From Phoronis australis (Eukaryota; Animalia; Phoronida), in contig NMRA01000292.1 of assembly GCA_002633005.1 (NCBI GenBank), forward strand, positions 124,001 to 188,000: a stretch of 64,000 bases of DNA, written 5' to 3'. A model generated the notes under the pieces. It ran no database searches. It was not told where the DNA came from and saw only the letters and a list, made by a program, of their open reading frames with translations. A program made the position numbers and the translations under genes. Numbering within the stretch: position 1 is the first letter of the stretch; each line of letters starts with the position of its first letter. Below are positions 51,101 to 62,961 of this stretch, in pieces.

Positions 51101-54100
51101 TCTGGATGGGGCAAATCTCAGCAAAACAGAGAAACAAATGACACTGACGGCGTGTACGGACTTAACGTTATGAAAGTATGAAATCGGCACTTCGGCGAAT
51201 TTTCGGAACGTATGATATTAAAAGTGAGGCGTCGGAGGGCGTTGCGATAAAAGATGAAGTCCTCTATGGGAAGTGGAGGAGAGCTCCACAGACAGCCAAA
51301 TGTCATATGACACAGAGGGGAACGAACCCATTAAACAAATATGGCAGAAGAACATCCTGCAGGATCTGCAATTCTGTGTTTCATTGGGCTAAAGACTGCC
51401 CAGAGAAGAAACAAAATCATGTTAACTGGTCACTGGACAATGAAACTGTTTTGCTGACAAAAACCAAGAACTATGCTATTCTTGACACGGGGTGTTCAAG
51501 AACAGTATGTGGGCAAAACTGGCTGGACACTTATCTCGAGAGCCAGCCTGAAGTTGAAGTCAAGACCATTCCCAGTCAAAGATCATTCAAATTTGGCTTC
51601 GGGAAGAATATCGTGTCAACCAAGACAGTAACATTGCCAGCGCAGATTGTATGCCAAATTAAAGTCGAGGTAGTTCCCGTTGACGTTCCTCTACTGCTGA
51701 GCAATGAAAGTCTAAAGAGGGTAGACACAAAAATTGACCTAAAGGAGAGCCGAGTGTCAATGTTTGGTCAAGATGTACCTATTAAACACACATCATGTGG
51801 ACATATGTGTGTAGATATCAGCAGTGTACCACAGAAAGAAGAGACTGCAGAGGGTGAGCTTTTCTTCTTAGATGATAAGAATTTGAGTGTTAGTTAGAAG
51901 TCAAAAATGCTTATGAAATTACACTGTCAATTTGGCCATGCTACTTGTGATAGAATTAAGCAATTGCTGAAGTGTGCAGGCGTCAATGATGAGAATGTGT
52001 TTACATTGTTGAAAGACATAATCAAGAAATGTGATACATGTCTAAAATTCAAGAAGCCAAGTCCTAGACCAGCTGTTGGCTTGCCACTTGCAAGTGATTT
52101 NTAGGTGAATTGACGTGTGGGACACCAGATTCTACTGTTGTACAACTGGTATGTTTTACTGATTGTAAGTCATTATTTGAGGCAATTAAGTCACAAAAGT
52201 TTGTAACAGAGAAGAGGCTTCGAATGGAAATCAGTGGTATAAAGGAACTCATTGAAAACAAACAGATTAAAGAAATTAAATGGTGTGATTCTAAAGCTCA
52301 ACTAGCTGATTGTCTTACAAAACGTGGAGCATCCTCTATTGTACTGCGAAAAGTGTTAGAGACAGGCATGTTAGAACTTTAGTCAGAACATTTATTGTAT
52401 ACGTGTTAGTAATACTATATTAGATAGTTTTTGGTGTATGGATCATCTTAAGGAAAAGAAAGAGAGTGGAATTTGATAACTGTATTGGAATGTGTTTATA
52501 TCCTGTCGTTATATAATATTCTATCCTGTTGTTGTTTATGGTTTAGTGGTTCCTGTTTTGTAGTCAGTACTCTATTAGTCATATATTCCTAGAACCTATA
52601 GACTTCCTGTACATTTCTGTATATATTCTATTATTTGTTGATATCAATACACTTTTAGTTCGACAGCCAACTGGGCACAATCTTTGTTTTACTCAAGTCT
52701 TTTCACCTCCTAGTACAGCTAGGTTGTGATAAGAGCACAATAATTTTGTTGATGGCTGGACAATCTTGTTCTTGTGAAGCCAGCAATTGTTTATTGAAAT
52801 AAAACATAACTTACAGTAATAACAGCACGGGCGTTGTTATCCGTAAAGTCCAACCCTTCGCTGACTTTACCACGACAGACAGCTAAGAAGAGAGCGCCAG
52901 TCCTCTGTTGGTCTTCAACATTTTCTGCCAATATTTGTGACAAATAAATAAATGAGATGTAGCTGGAAACTCAGGTTTGTTCCGAGTTGAATAAAAATGA
53001 CAACGTGATTCAAGTGAGCAGGATGTCCATGACATAACATAACATAACATAATTTTTCATCAAATCTGAAACATCATTCAACAGTGGATGCTCACGAAAA
53101 AACTCAACTCACTCAAACATACATTCAAAGATAATCGCATTACGCAATTTTTTCTACTTTAATTTGCAAGTCGGTGTTATAAAATCCTGACACAATATCC
53201 TGACTGCAACTGAAGAAACTTCCGTTAAGATGACCAACAATTACAGGTACAGTGAGAATTTTTGACAGCTGTATGTGGATTACACCAGCACGCCATCTGC
53301 TGGTCAGGTTAAGACTACAGTGAAGAAACTCTCTTGGTAATTATGAACTTTTGTCTGAGCTAGTAAAAATTTCACTGTGTTTAAAACAACTCTCCATAAG
53401 GCATACACCCAAAGCTAAATAATAAAAGATATGTATATGATTGTGCAGTAATGTAAATCAATGCATTGATGTAGTATAAGTAACAATCATTAGTTTTTTC
53501 TTACACACCATATGTCAGTCACATCAAGTGACCAATAGTCAAGTCTGAAAGGAACTGTGTCCCGAATAGTCATGTCTGAAAAGATTTCTGTCCCGACCTG
53601 GGCTCAAACATGGAGTTCTTGCTAACTGTGCATGTGCTCTAGTCCACTAAGCTATTGGGGCCACCAGTCGATTACTCTGTGGACTGGAGCATCTCCACCA
53701 TTAGCAAAACGTCCCAGCAAGGGAGTTTACTAGCAGGCCATTCCACAAATAGAGGCTTCTGACTAATCCTCTGTGATGAACACAGCTATTATACGGTTGA
53801 GAAAAGTTTACAAAATGAATGTACCATAATTAAAGATATGACATTCGCTCAAATACCTACCTATTCCATCTGTCTCATTTATCACCTCATAGAACTCGTG
53901 CATGGTTTCGTCAAAGTCTGTCGATGAGCGCGATTCAGACACTATTGTTTTCTTCTCGCAGATTTTTCCCCATAAGCCTGTTTCCTAATCAAAAAGCAGT
54001 TTAACGAATTTATTAACGTAAATAAACGAGGATACTTAGTGGTTTTTCAACTGAAGCCAAATGTCTCTCATGTTTCAAAAGGTATCTGCTTTCCAATTTC

Positions 54101-54206
54101 AGTAATTTTGAAATTAACAAATTGAGTACTTAGGGCAAATTGATCGCTTCAAAATAGACTAGATCCTAGAATTACTTTAAGTGAACTGATTCTTTTTAGA
54201 GCAAAT

Positions 54207-54264
<58 letters not shown>

Positions 54265-57200
54265 TAATACTTGCTGCAGCATTGTGTCAAACCAAAGTTC
54301 TTACTTTTTAGTCCCAAGGATAAACATAGATCTTACCCGAGAAAAAATATTAAATTTAAAATTAGAAAATATGACAGATAAATTCTTTTTCTGATAAAAT
54401 GGTTGGTACTCGACGAAACAACAAAAACAGCATATACGAGGTGTTCACATTAACATCAGAAAACGTTTTGAACACAAACTTGCCTGCCACCTTGAGGACA
54501 CTTTGTCAAGCATTCGGTACGATGGAAAAAAGCAAAGCACTCCATGAGGCACAACCTGAAAAAGTAAATACACATAAAACGTCCTGTTTAAAAGTCGAGT
54601 GCGTTAATTTGTTGTGGCATTTCATGATGACTAGTCCTTTTTCAGTAAGAAAATTGAATAACACATAAAAGTGACTGTTGTGAACAAAAATTTGGTTTGA
54701 ACTTTATCTCTCAACGTAAAAATTGTTATGTAAATAAGACGTAATAATGTCAACACTTCTCTATCACCAATTTAGTGATGTGGAACAGTTTCAAGGCACT
54801 CAAGTAAGAACTAAACATTAACACAACATCCATTAGCAACCGAAGTGTAAAAAAGAAAAAGCAGCCGAGTCACGTCACTTCCGTTTCTTTTATCAAATGA
54901 TGACACCTTTTGTCAGACGAGCAAAATATTCCATTTCTATAGAAACAACACACCCCTTTCCGCTGCAGCCTTCGAGTCCCTACCTGGCATGTCTTCAACA
55001 CCAGTTTACCAAGCTCATCCTGGAAGCTGAATGTCTCCGCGTGTTGATAACTGGCATTCAACAATTGACCAGTTGGACCACTGCCTACTGTCCCCACAAA
55101 CACCTGTAGGAGACATCAGACACAGGGAGTAGAACCAGAGGCCAAAAAACAAAGAACAGGGATGAAATTCTGTGATGCTATTACCTTGCAAGTTTCATGA
55201 AATAAGGCCTTTTCTAACAGCCTCAAAACTTGTCATTACAAAAGAACACTATTCACAACAACGGAATATTAGATTTAAAAACTGATTTTTGACACAGAGG
55301 CCTTTCTCAACGCAATGTTTTTTACTACTTATTCTTCAAACATAACATTACAAATATTGAGGCAATGACATTTAAATATAACATACAAGAAATTTCAATG
55401 TTAATGATAGTGTTGAGGTAGTTACTTATATATGATACATACACATGTCAGTCACCCAGTGCATGCCCCTCTCAGATTAATTTTAAGTGTGCAATGTATA
55501 CATTAATTGTACAAGTGAAAGGCTAACTTAGACAGCAAAAGTAGACTCGCACGACTTCCACAATTCCTCCAGTTCATTTGGATTTTTTGTTTTAGAATAT
55601 ACTTTTCAGTAGTAAAATTTATATTAAAATGATTAATAAAAACATTTAAGGTTAAGGCATTCGTTTTTAACATGTATATGTAATATTTTGTGTGCAATAG
55701 AAACCAATTGAGCACTTTGTTTTCTTTTTTAAAAGGGTTCCAAAAAAGTTTGTCTTCTTTTCTAAATTTAGTTTGGAGTCGGCCTTTGCTGATAACAAGC
55801 TTTCAATGACGCGCCAAAAAGACCGCGTGACACAACAGTCTACAAATAAGTGTTCGATTGTCTCACATTCGTTCTTACAGAAAGTACACGAATCAGAATC
55901 AACATATTAACCAAGTGTTTGTAGAAATGATCCTATGTATCACTTTGTATTGAAATTGGCAAAGTTTTTATTATGTCCACATACACAATGATTCAACCTG
56001 CCACATTAAGAAAGACTTTTAAGGAAATGGATCAAGCAAAACATCCACTTTGAAGGGTAGTTTGTCAAATAATCTACCCTTACATGTTAACACAGTAAAA
56101 CAAACTAGCTTTATGCAACTTTTGTCTAATTTAAACTTCTGGGCAGATGTTTGTAGTTATCAGATGTAACTGAAAAGGAATTTACCAAGTAAAGGAAGTA
56201 GAAATAGTGTACCTGTTTCTTTCCGATGACGTGATTTGCCTCAAGCTGAATTGAGAAAGGCACACCTAACTCAGACTGGAAAGAATCCATGGGTGACAGT
56301 GTGCCACTGGTCAGGATGACAGAGTGGACTTTATCTGATGCATCGCGGAAGCCCTATACATAATTACGCAGAACCATGTAACGAATGTTTATTTAATGAT
56401 TAATGAAAACAGCTGTCACCAGACAAACAATAAATTACAGTGAGTGGTGCAAGGTTCATATCGTGTAAACCAAAAATGGTATAATATTCAATGTTCCTAG
56501 TACACAAGACCATATGGCAGACATTTTCAAATATAATACGAAGTCAACGTAAACCTCTTAAACCAGAGTTTGGATATATTTTCTGATGTACGGTTTATGT
56601 TGCCTAAGGATTAAACAGTAACTTCTTCCAAAGTCTCTGAATGAGGAAATCGACAATGTGTGAATTACATTACATCCGAAGAAATCGTCAAAACTCTGAA
56701 AGATTAAGCAAAGCCCTACGTACCACAGCTGGATTCATACACCAGAAATTTAGAGTGAACTCCACACTAGGCTGCATTTTTCGTCTATTACGTCCCAACC
56801 ACTGATTATTCTGAAAGAAAAAGGAATCAAAACAAGTCTTACTTAGTCGTCTTAGCACAAGAGAAACAATGCAAAAACTTAGCCAATACATAAAATGAAT
56901 GATGAGTGAAGTCAATTTCACAATTTGTTTTTGCAAAAATGAGAACACATTACATTTTAAAGAGCTAGTCGTGAATGAAAATAAAAAATTCACACAACTT
57001 GCAGCTGAACTATGAGGACTAAATGATTTTCTGAAAATCAACACAAAGTCCCTGAATTCGTCATGCAAATTTTAGGCAACTTGGATACAAAAGATGACAT
57101 GTTGCGAAAACATCGAACTACAATTTAACTGAAGGTTCATCGCATACTGGCACGTAACATTTAATGTGCATACTTTCAAAAACACCACCCAATCAGAATG

Positions 57201-60200
57201 TTTCATAAAGTTTCCAACAATAGGGGTCAACTTACAGTTGGGGCAGCTCTATAGGTGGTGCTGCGCACTAATGCCAACCTGTAGTCATCAAGGTAACACA
57301 TATTCGATTTATACACGAACCCCAGGGCGAATAGAAAATGCTCCAACAACTGACTGGTGGAGGCTTTCAGTTTGACGTCTCGTCTGTATCTGTCCCGAGG
57401 GTCGCTCTCGTCAGCCCAGATTTCTTGACAAAGTCGCTGTAAGCGAAAACCAACTGATGAAAGCATCAAGCACATACAAATGGGGAACTTGATATTTACT
57501 GGATGGTGCTCAAAAACAATCCTCTTAAAGGTATATTGAGCATTACATCGCTGGGAAAAAATGGCCAACTGCAACAAAAAAATAAGAATGAAGTGGTTTG
57601 TTAAGCCAAAAGCAACACCTATGAGCTCCATGTTGACCACAGTATAACCAAAGAAAACAAGCAGTGTTTACTTGCCTTATTTCCTGATTTCATTCTTTTT
57701 CAAAAATTATATCGAAACATCTGACATTCGTCATCATGTGAACTGGGATGTCCCAAGGTAAAAAGGTAATAGACATATTACCTAACAGCACTCAATATAT
57801 ATCTTTAATGCTTAACAGAAAAGAGTGAGAACAGAAATCTGCTCAGTTGCATACGGACACTTAAGGGAAGGCCCCAAAACATCCTTTTTTATAGATGTGT
57901 GTGCACCCTAAACCTAATCCAGAATCCTGGAAGCGTTACGCAGACGGTCGTCTACTCGGCAAGCTAGCAGTTGATTTTGGATAGATGCCACCTGTTTGCT
58001 CAAAACTATGATAGCTCAACTTCTGACTGCTTGAAATACTACCAAAATGAAGAGATCTTTACATCATATATCTACATCTACAAGAAGTCCTTTTCGGGAT
58101 GACTGCAATCATTTACGTATATGATGTCTTGCGCTATGTCATTGAGTACCAAAGAGTAAGCAATTACAAACTGCTAGGAATGTCATTTCAATAGTGCTAC
58201 CTAGATTGCCTTCTAAAGAGTTGAACAGCCATCTTTTCATGAACAAGGGCTTGGTCTCATGCTCACATAATAAACTTGTGGCCAGGTGCAGCCATAATGA
58301 CACACATATTGAGCATAATGACAGACATATTGAGCATAATGACACACATATTGACCATTTTCTAATCATCATGTTGCATTTAGTAAATCGAGAGTAACTG
58401 TTTCTAAGTTTCTAAAAATATCTGAGATTTTTGAAACTCCAGAAGTTCAAGATCAGGTTCGAATTCTATAGAAGTAGCAAACCGAATAACAATTAGATCA
58501 AGATAACACCATTTTAGAGTCACAGTTCTGGAATAATACAACAATCTGATTGAAATTTTATGTAATGCAGAACACGATGCTTACTCCTAGAACTTCGTAA
58601 TCTTTGTAAGGAAGACACATCAAATGTAAAACGATGACTTCTGTGTTGAATGAAATACATAGATAAAATGCCTAACTAGAAAATGCTATGAAAAATGTGT
58701 AACATAATTTTAACTAAACTCTCAAGTAGGGTATTGAAAGACAGAGGGAACATTAGGCAATTACATACGCCAAATGCAGGAAATTCAGCAGGCCCTAGGC
58801 CCATGTAGTTGAGTCTGGCCAACATATCTTGACCACTCCAGTGCTGTGCCGACTGTTCAAAACTCTGCCGCTCCAGTGTCGTACTATTGATGTCAATAAA
58901 GCTAACGATCTTAGCAATCTGAAATGGACGAGAGTAGTGTGAGGCGGGTGAGACGGGAGACAGCAGCAAGTGCGAGGAATTAGGGTGAGAAGGAGACAGC
59001 AGCAAGTTAAAAGCAGCAATTATTACACACAGGTGGATTTATGTAGAACTGGACAAGATGTAGCTGAAACTACAGCAAGGGAATAAGCACAAAATTGGCT
59101 GGAAAATAGTACTGTTATAGTTATTGTCTATGTACCAGAGATTTCCATACAGTAAATCCCATACAGTAACTCCAGTCAAATATAAGCCCAGTAGGTGTAT
59201 ACAACAAATGTTTCCAAAAACATTCCCAGGGTGTGTTTCTGGGAAACAATAGGGGTGGTTAAAGATCCAGTCTCATTAAATAGTGATATGCTAATGAAGT
59301 ACTAATTTACAGACAACCCCGGGTCCTCCAGTGTGCTAAAAACCATTCAAGAACTTGTTACCATTACAATCTCACAAAAGTCTTGTTTTGCGCAACTATT
59401 TTTATGTAAATCAGTATGGTAATATTTCTTCGTTACCCTAATTAAACAAGGCACAATTTTTATTATCTGTTTAGTTCACTATCAAATAACGATTGTATAA
59501 TATTTGTAATTACTAGGGTTTTTTATAATGTTCACACTAACTTGTTTTTAAGTGTGTTTTCTTTAAAACTGCAATTTCTTTACAAATTGTTTATTTTTTA
59601 CACCTGTACACACAGTTCTCCAGGAAATCACTACGTAGCGCTTGCCACAAATTTAAATATTCAGGGTTTTATTGAGACATAGCATCTTTAAACCCTAAAA
59701 CTTTCCGCACCAAAACCTTAATTAAAACTGAATTCTCAATCTGCTGTTAATAAATGGTCAAGTGAAGGTGTATTACTCAGGCTGGTTGCTAAGGGCAACT
59801 TACAATATCAGCCAGCTGCTGGTGTTCTCGTGGTTTCTGGCCTCGATTGACTGAAAAAGAATGTTTTCCACTTCAAGATGAAGGTAGCACAATCCACAAA
59901 TTAAACCAAATTGACAAGTAAAATAACATGGCAGTTACCAACGGCCTAGTAAAGGTGAGGTTTGAAATAAATGAGTTGAAAATCAGTTAAATAAGGGTTA
60001 CTCAATAAAACCACTCAAACACCAAATTTCAAGTAGCTAATGTGGTGCTGTGTCTTTCTAGCAGAGCTTGTGGAGAAAAAAGACACAGTTTAAATACATG
60101 AACAGCTTAGCGGTTTGACAAAGATTATCATACAACGACACAAATAGATTAAACAAGATCTACAATTGGATTCAAGTTTGCTAGCAAATACGGCAAAACT

Positions 60201-62961
60201 CGCTCAAATCTCTGCTTAAAGCAATTATATTAAAGTTGTGTTTTTCGTCAACAAAGTTTTTTGATTGATGCCACTTACCATTATAAAATTGGTTTTGCTT
60301 TGTTCCTTACTTAGTTTAGAAATGGTATTTAGGCTCGCTAAAAGCTGATAGTTCGGTGTTTCTTCACACCGAGCTCATGAACTGTCAGTTCTAATCTTTC
60401 CAAGTCTAGAAATCACAGCTACTTTGACTAAGGAACAATTTCATAACAGCAGGTTGACTAAACCAAAACCACCGCTTTAACTCCCAACTTCCCCAGTGCA
60501 GAGGCTCTACTTTAGGATAATTTGGATTTTGCTTCACTCTGATAAAATCTCTTGGTTCAGTCGCATCTAATTTAAAAGTTTTTTTCTTTTTGTTGTCAAA
60601 CCTTACTCATGTTCTCCAAATCCGTCTTGGCTTCATCCAACTGCGTCATGGTGAATTTGAAGCTGGCTGCCTCGCGCGCACTGTCCTCAATATTGTGAGC
60701 CTCGTCTAGGATGATGACGCACTCCTTCAGACAAATCTCCATCTATTAGAGAGAAATCATAAAAGTAAAGACACAGCACGCAACATCAATATTCCAAGTG
60801 GAACTTAAGTAATGTTTTAAGACAAATCAAGCTTACGTATTTTACAATTACGTTAATTCGTCACTTACTAGTACTCAGTACAAGACATGACCGGCCAGTG
60901 TCATTCTATCTCGATACATTTCTCCACAAAAACAAATTTGAAAATTTGAAGTCTATTTCTAGCACAATTTTCAGTGTGTGGAAGTCAAAAGCAACATTTG
61001 GTAAAGTTTCCATTATTTCCAGCATTTGAAAAAAATTTTGTGGAGAATTACTGCAAGATACAATTTCAGAGCTTCGAGACTATTGGTGACAGTCAGGTTC
61101 TTTGTCGGTGTCTATTTTTGGGCCCAGTGCAGCTAACATACCTGACTGCGGACAATGGGGTCAATCAGGTAATTATACGGGCAGAACACGATGTCAGCAC
61201 CCTCTCTTATTTGGTTGGTAACATAGTAAGGGCAAGCCTGCAAAGAAGACATTTCGTAATGTCAGGCACGGCCAGTTGTAATTAAAATAACCAAAAACTA
61301 ATTGTATTACAAAGAACAACAAGTTTTGTATAAAAATTGACAACTTAACAATTACAACTAAGACTTTAAGACCATTTCATCAAGGAGGCACATTTACATA
61401 TATTTATGCTGCAACGGTAGTTCGGATTTGTCGTCCTTTAGGCAATAAATTGATCATTTAAAGGAAACGTTTTGACCAAAAAGCAGTGCTCACAGCTTCT
61501 TGTAGTATATTTACCTTCTTCTTGCTGCACGCTGACACAAATTCCTCAATGTCAAAAGCAGGATCCAGGTCAACATCTTTCAGTGACTCATGGGTTGGAA
61601 GCTTGCGGGCATGCTCAAAATGGCTGCATCCACCAACCTGAAAACAACAAGTATATCACATGGTAATGGCCAAGTCACACAACAAACTCTTACATTTTCA
61701 GTATGTGAAACATGATGAGCTGCGGCATACGACACAATTGCACGTTAAAAATACTATGGCTCACAGTAATATGCATTAAAAACCTCAGTCTTTACTTCCA
61801 AATTATCAGAAAGTCAACGTTATCATTAATATTTAAAGCGTCACTCATTTTTTACAAACTGTTCTTCAACTTTGCAGACCAATTATTGGAGGAGACAGTG
61901 TGGCTTAGTGGTTTGAGTTCCGTACTCCCGTATGGGAGAACTGGATTTGAATCCTGGCTTTACTGGCACACAATTGAGCATTGCACAAAGGTGTCCCCTA
62001 CTCCTTTGACATTGGTCTTAGTTGGGAATGTACGCAAGGGAGTGAATGAAAAGAAAAAAAAAATCGTAATGATGTTTAGTATACCACATATAACCGTTAA
62101 GTCATATCAGGTCAAATATCATGACTTGCTTAACTGATAACATAGTAAACGTATGGATATCCAAACTCTAGAAAGTATGCGTTATCAATTGGAATTAAGA
62201 CACCATGTTCAAGGTACAAGCCAAAAGAAAACAAACGAAACGACACATTATTCTGCGTCGTAACAAAATTCCAAGCATTAATGGTTGAATGGAAACGGAA
62301 TTGACCATCATAATAGACATCCGTCAAGACGTGTCATTTAATGGAAAGCTAATAGAATGGAAAAGCTCTTTACTCTTCCTATACTTTGGATATAATCAAT
62401 CGTAAACAAATCTGCTGATATCTTTATACTGATGCGCCGCATGATAAGCGCAGATGAGCAACTACAGAGTTGTAGTGGCAGGAATCAGTCATATACTAAG
62501 GTTAAAGATCTGCCAAGAGCTATTGAAAAACAAAATTTTGAGTGTTCCAAAAATATAGTAAATGTTCACAGCTGTCACTGCAGCATCAAAAATTTTAGCA
62601 CTATAATGGTAAATAAATACAGTTATGAGGAGACATTATGGCTCAGTGGTTTGAGCTCCGGACTGGTGTTTCGGAGACCTGGGTTCAAATCCTGGCTTCA
62701 CTGGCTGACAACAAAGCATTGCACACAGGTGTCTGCTACTCCTCTGAACTCCGTCTTACCAGTGAATGTACGCAAGGGAGTGAATGAGAACCTGGATATA
62801 ATGCGTTCACCAAAGTTTTCGTATTAAAATAATTCACATTAATTTCATTTTCAATTCAATGGGTTACCTCTCTCGCATTTCGACACTCTTCGTTTTTATT
62901 TGCAAGTTGAGAAATATGTCTGTGAATACACGTGTGTTCTCGACTGGCCAAAATGCACATC
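39112..62961 (-). CDS. BRIP1: Fanconi anemia group J helicase (BRIP1/FANCJ-like, XPD-family Fe-S DNA helicase), 5'-partial, 21 exons in the window
   Basis: The exons join in phase (about 1200 codons). Motifs: Fe-S Cys (REHTCIH, EEC, GCSHF, ACPYY), [95 protein letters not shown]. Confidence 0.93.
39493..39960. repeat. 42-bp minisatellite, about 11 copies
   Basis: Unit GACAAGTCAACTTACAGTGCATCAAGTCTGACCTCAAGTAAT. Confidence 0.95.
40676..40824 (-). CDS. BRIP1: BRIP1 C-terminal exon ([13 protein letters not shown]...VQVVAVD)
   Basis: tag|...|gtaagc; phase 1-0, open. Confidence 0.75.
41361..41504 (-). CDS. BRIP1: BRIP1 C-terminal exon (KCFPDFM...GFLVID)
   Basis: Strong cag acceptor, |gtactc donor; phase 1-1. 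Confidence 0.72.
42277..42446. repeat. 29-bp minisatellite, about 6 copies
   Basis: Unit AGGTCCCGATCATGTACATCTGCCCCAGG. Confidence 0.93.
42452..44875. mobile_element. Probable DNA transposon remnant in a BRIP1 intron
   Basis: Clusters of (A)CGTCCGTCACA near both ends (about 42580, 42712, 44508, 44850); right end GGAATTGCCCC; boundaries approximate. Confidence 0.4.
44887..44944 (-). CDS. BRIP1: BRIP1 C-terminal exon ([11 protein letters not shown])
   Basis: ttttctcgtttaag|...|gtaggt; phase 0-1. Confidence 0.7.
45262..46545 (-). CDS. BRIP1: BRIP1 large exon, disordered C-terminal region (428 codons)
   Basis: tag|...|gtgagt; contains the 417-aa ORF 45250-46503. Confidence 0.85.
46993..47098 (-). 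CDS. BRIP1: BRIP1 exon, post-helicase linker
   Basis: cag|...|gtgggc; phase 2-0 fits both neighbours. Confidence 0.72.
48375..48606. repeat. About 74-bp degenerate tandem repeat, 3 copies, spanning a BRIP1 exon end
   Basis: ACACTCACC...GATCACTCAGT.GGTCCATAACAAAGTCCTGCAGTTGG repeated. Confidence 0.85.
48550..48732 (-). CDS. BRIP1: BRIP1 exon ([12 protein letters not shown]...LSKWVR)
   Basis: aag|...|gtgagt. Confidence 0.93.
49334..49497 (-). CDS. BRIP1: BRIP1 exon (GIPFPN...QALGRCIRH, motif VI)
   Basis: cag|...|gtaggt. Confidence 0.95.
50444..50675 (+). repeat. 5' LTR
   Basis: TGATAAC...TTTTCA, 232 bp. Confidence 0.95.
50697..52382 (+). pseudogene. Disrupted gag-pol polyprotein of the copia element
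   Basis: Frameshift near 51168 (one extra base), in-frame TAG at 51895-51897, and a jump from the integrase Zn finger to the RNase H tail at the single N (52101). Confidence 0.88.
52474..52705 (+). repeat. 3' LTR
   Basis: Identical to the 5' LTR except C/T at 50482 vs 52512. Confidence 0.95.
52815..52924 (-). CDS. BRIP1: BRIP1 exon ([13 protein letters not shown], motif V)
   Basis: cag|...|gtaagt. Confidence 0.93.
53585..53670 (-). repeat. Degenerate tRNA-like head (SINE or pseudo-tRNA)
   Basis: Minus strand TAGCTTAGTGG..AGAGC ... GTTTGAGCCC; the stems do not close a cloverleaf. Confidence 0.4.
53861..53984 (-). CDS. BRIP1: BRIP1 exon (ETGLW...FYEVI)
   Basis: tag|...|gtaggt. Confidence 0.9.
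54208..54268. repeat. (TAA)n microsatellite
   Basis: About 18 perfect units plus a degenerate tail. Confidence 0.96.
54484..54555 (-). CDS. BRIP1: BRIP1 exon (GVLCFFPSY, motif IV), GC donor
   Basis: cag|...CAG|gcaagt. Confidence 0.9.
54984..55103 (-). CDS. BRIP1: BRIP1 exon ([10 protein letters not shown]...FQDELG)
   Basis: cag|...|gtaggg. Confidence 0.93.
56213..56353 (-). CDS. BRIP1: BRIP1 exon ([13 protein letters not shown], motif III)
   Basis: tag|...|gtacac. Confidence 0.95.
56724..56810 (-). CDS. BRIP1: BRIP1 exon ([10 protein letters not shown])
   Basis: cag|...|gtacgt. Confidence 0.92.
57236..57436 (-). CDS. BRIP1: BRIP1 exon (YLDDYRLAL)
   Basis: cag|...|gtaagt. Confidence 0.87.
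58293..58353. repeat. 21-bp tandem repeat, 3 copies
   Basis: CATAATGACACACATATTGAG. Confidence 0.88.
58769..58918 (-). CDS. BRIP1: BRIP1 exon (WSGQDML)
   Basis: cag|...|gtatgt. Confidence 0.87.
59804..59850 (-). CDS. BRIP1: BRIP1 small exon ([15 protein letters not shown])
   Basis: cag|...|gtaagt; restores phase. Confidence 0.8.
60607..60742 (-). CDS. BRIP1: BRIP1 exon, DEAH motif II
   Basis: tag|...|gtaagg. Confidence 0.95.
61142..61237 (-). CDS. BRIP1: BRIP1 exon (ACPYY...CPYNYLID)
   Basis: cag|...|gtatgt. Confidence 0.94.
61515..61637 (-). CDS. BRIP1: BRIP1 exon (GCSHF...FDIEEFV)
   Basis: cag|...|gtaaat. Confidence 0.9.
61888..62050 (+). mobile_element. tRNA-derived SINE, copy 1
   Basis: A-box TGGCTTAGTGG, B-box-like GATTTGAATCC; shared tail GAATGTACGCAAGGGAGTGAATGA. 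Confidence 0.7.
62627..62789 (+). mobile_element. tRNA-derived SINE, copy 2
   Basis: A-box TGGCTCAGTGG, B-box GGTTCAAATCC; collinear with copy 1. Confidence 0.72.
62868..62961 (-). CDS. BRIP1: BRIP1 exon ([13 protein letters not shown]...EEC), Fe-S domain
   Basis: cag|...|gtaacc on the minus strand. Confidence 0.9.

Larger units (their letters stand above)
50444..52705 (+). mobile_element. Ty1/copia LTR retrotransposon (GalEa-like), defective, in a BRIP1 intron in antisense orientation
   Basis: 232-bp TG...CA LTRs with 1 mismatch; 5-bp TSD CCTCC (50439-50443 and 52706-52710); PBS at 50676-50693; purine-rich PPT at about 52451-52472. Gag zinc knuckle [14 protein letters not shown], protease ILDTGC, integrase HHCC, copia RNase H tail QLADCLTK. 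Confidence 0.95.

Noticed and set aside
51160-51910. Programmed frameshift or stop read-through in the retrotransposon
   Set aside because: The frameshift falls inside gag with no slippery heptamer, and the TAG lies between protease and integrase. Copia elements usually have one ORF, so these look like mutations.
61888-62789. Two tRNA-like sequences as tRNA genes
   Set aside because: No valid cloverleaf, and a shared non-tRNA tail indicates SINEs
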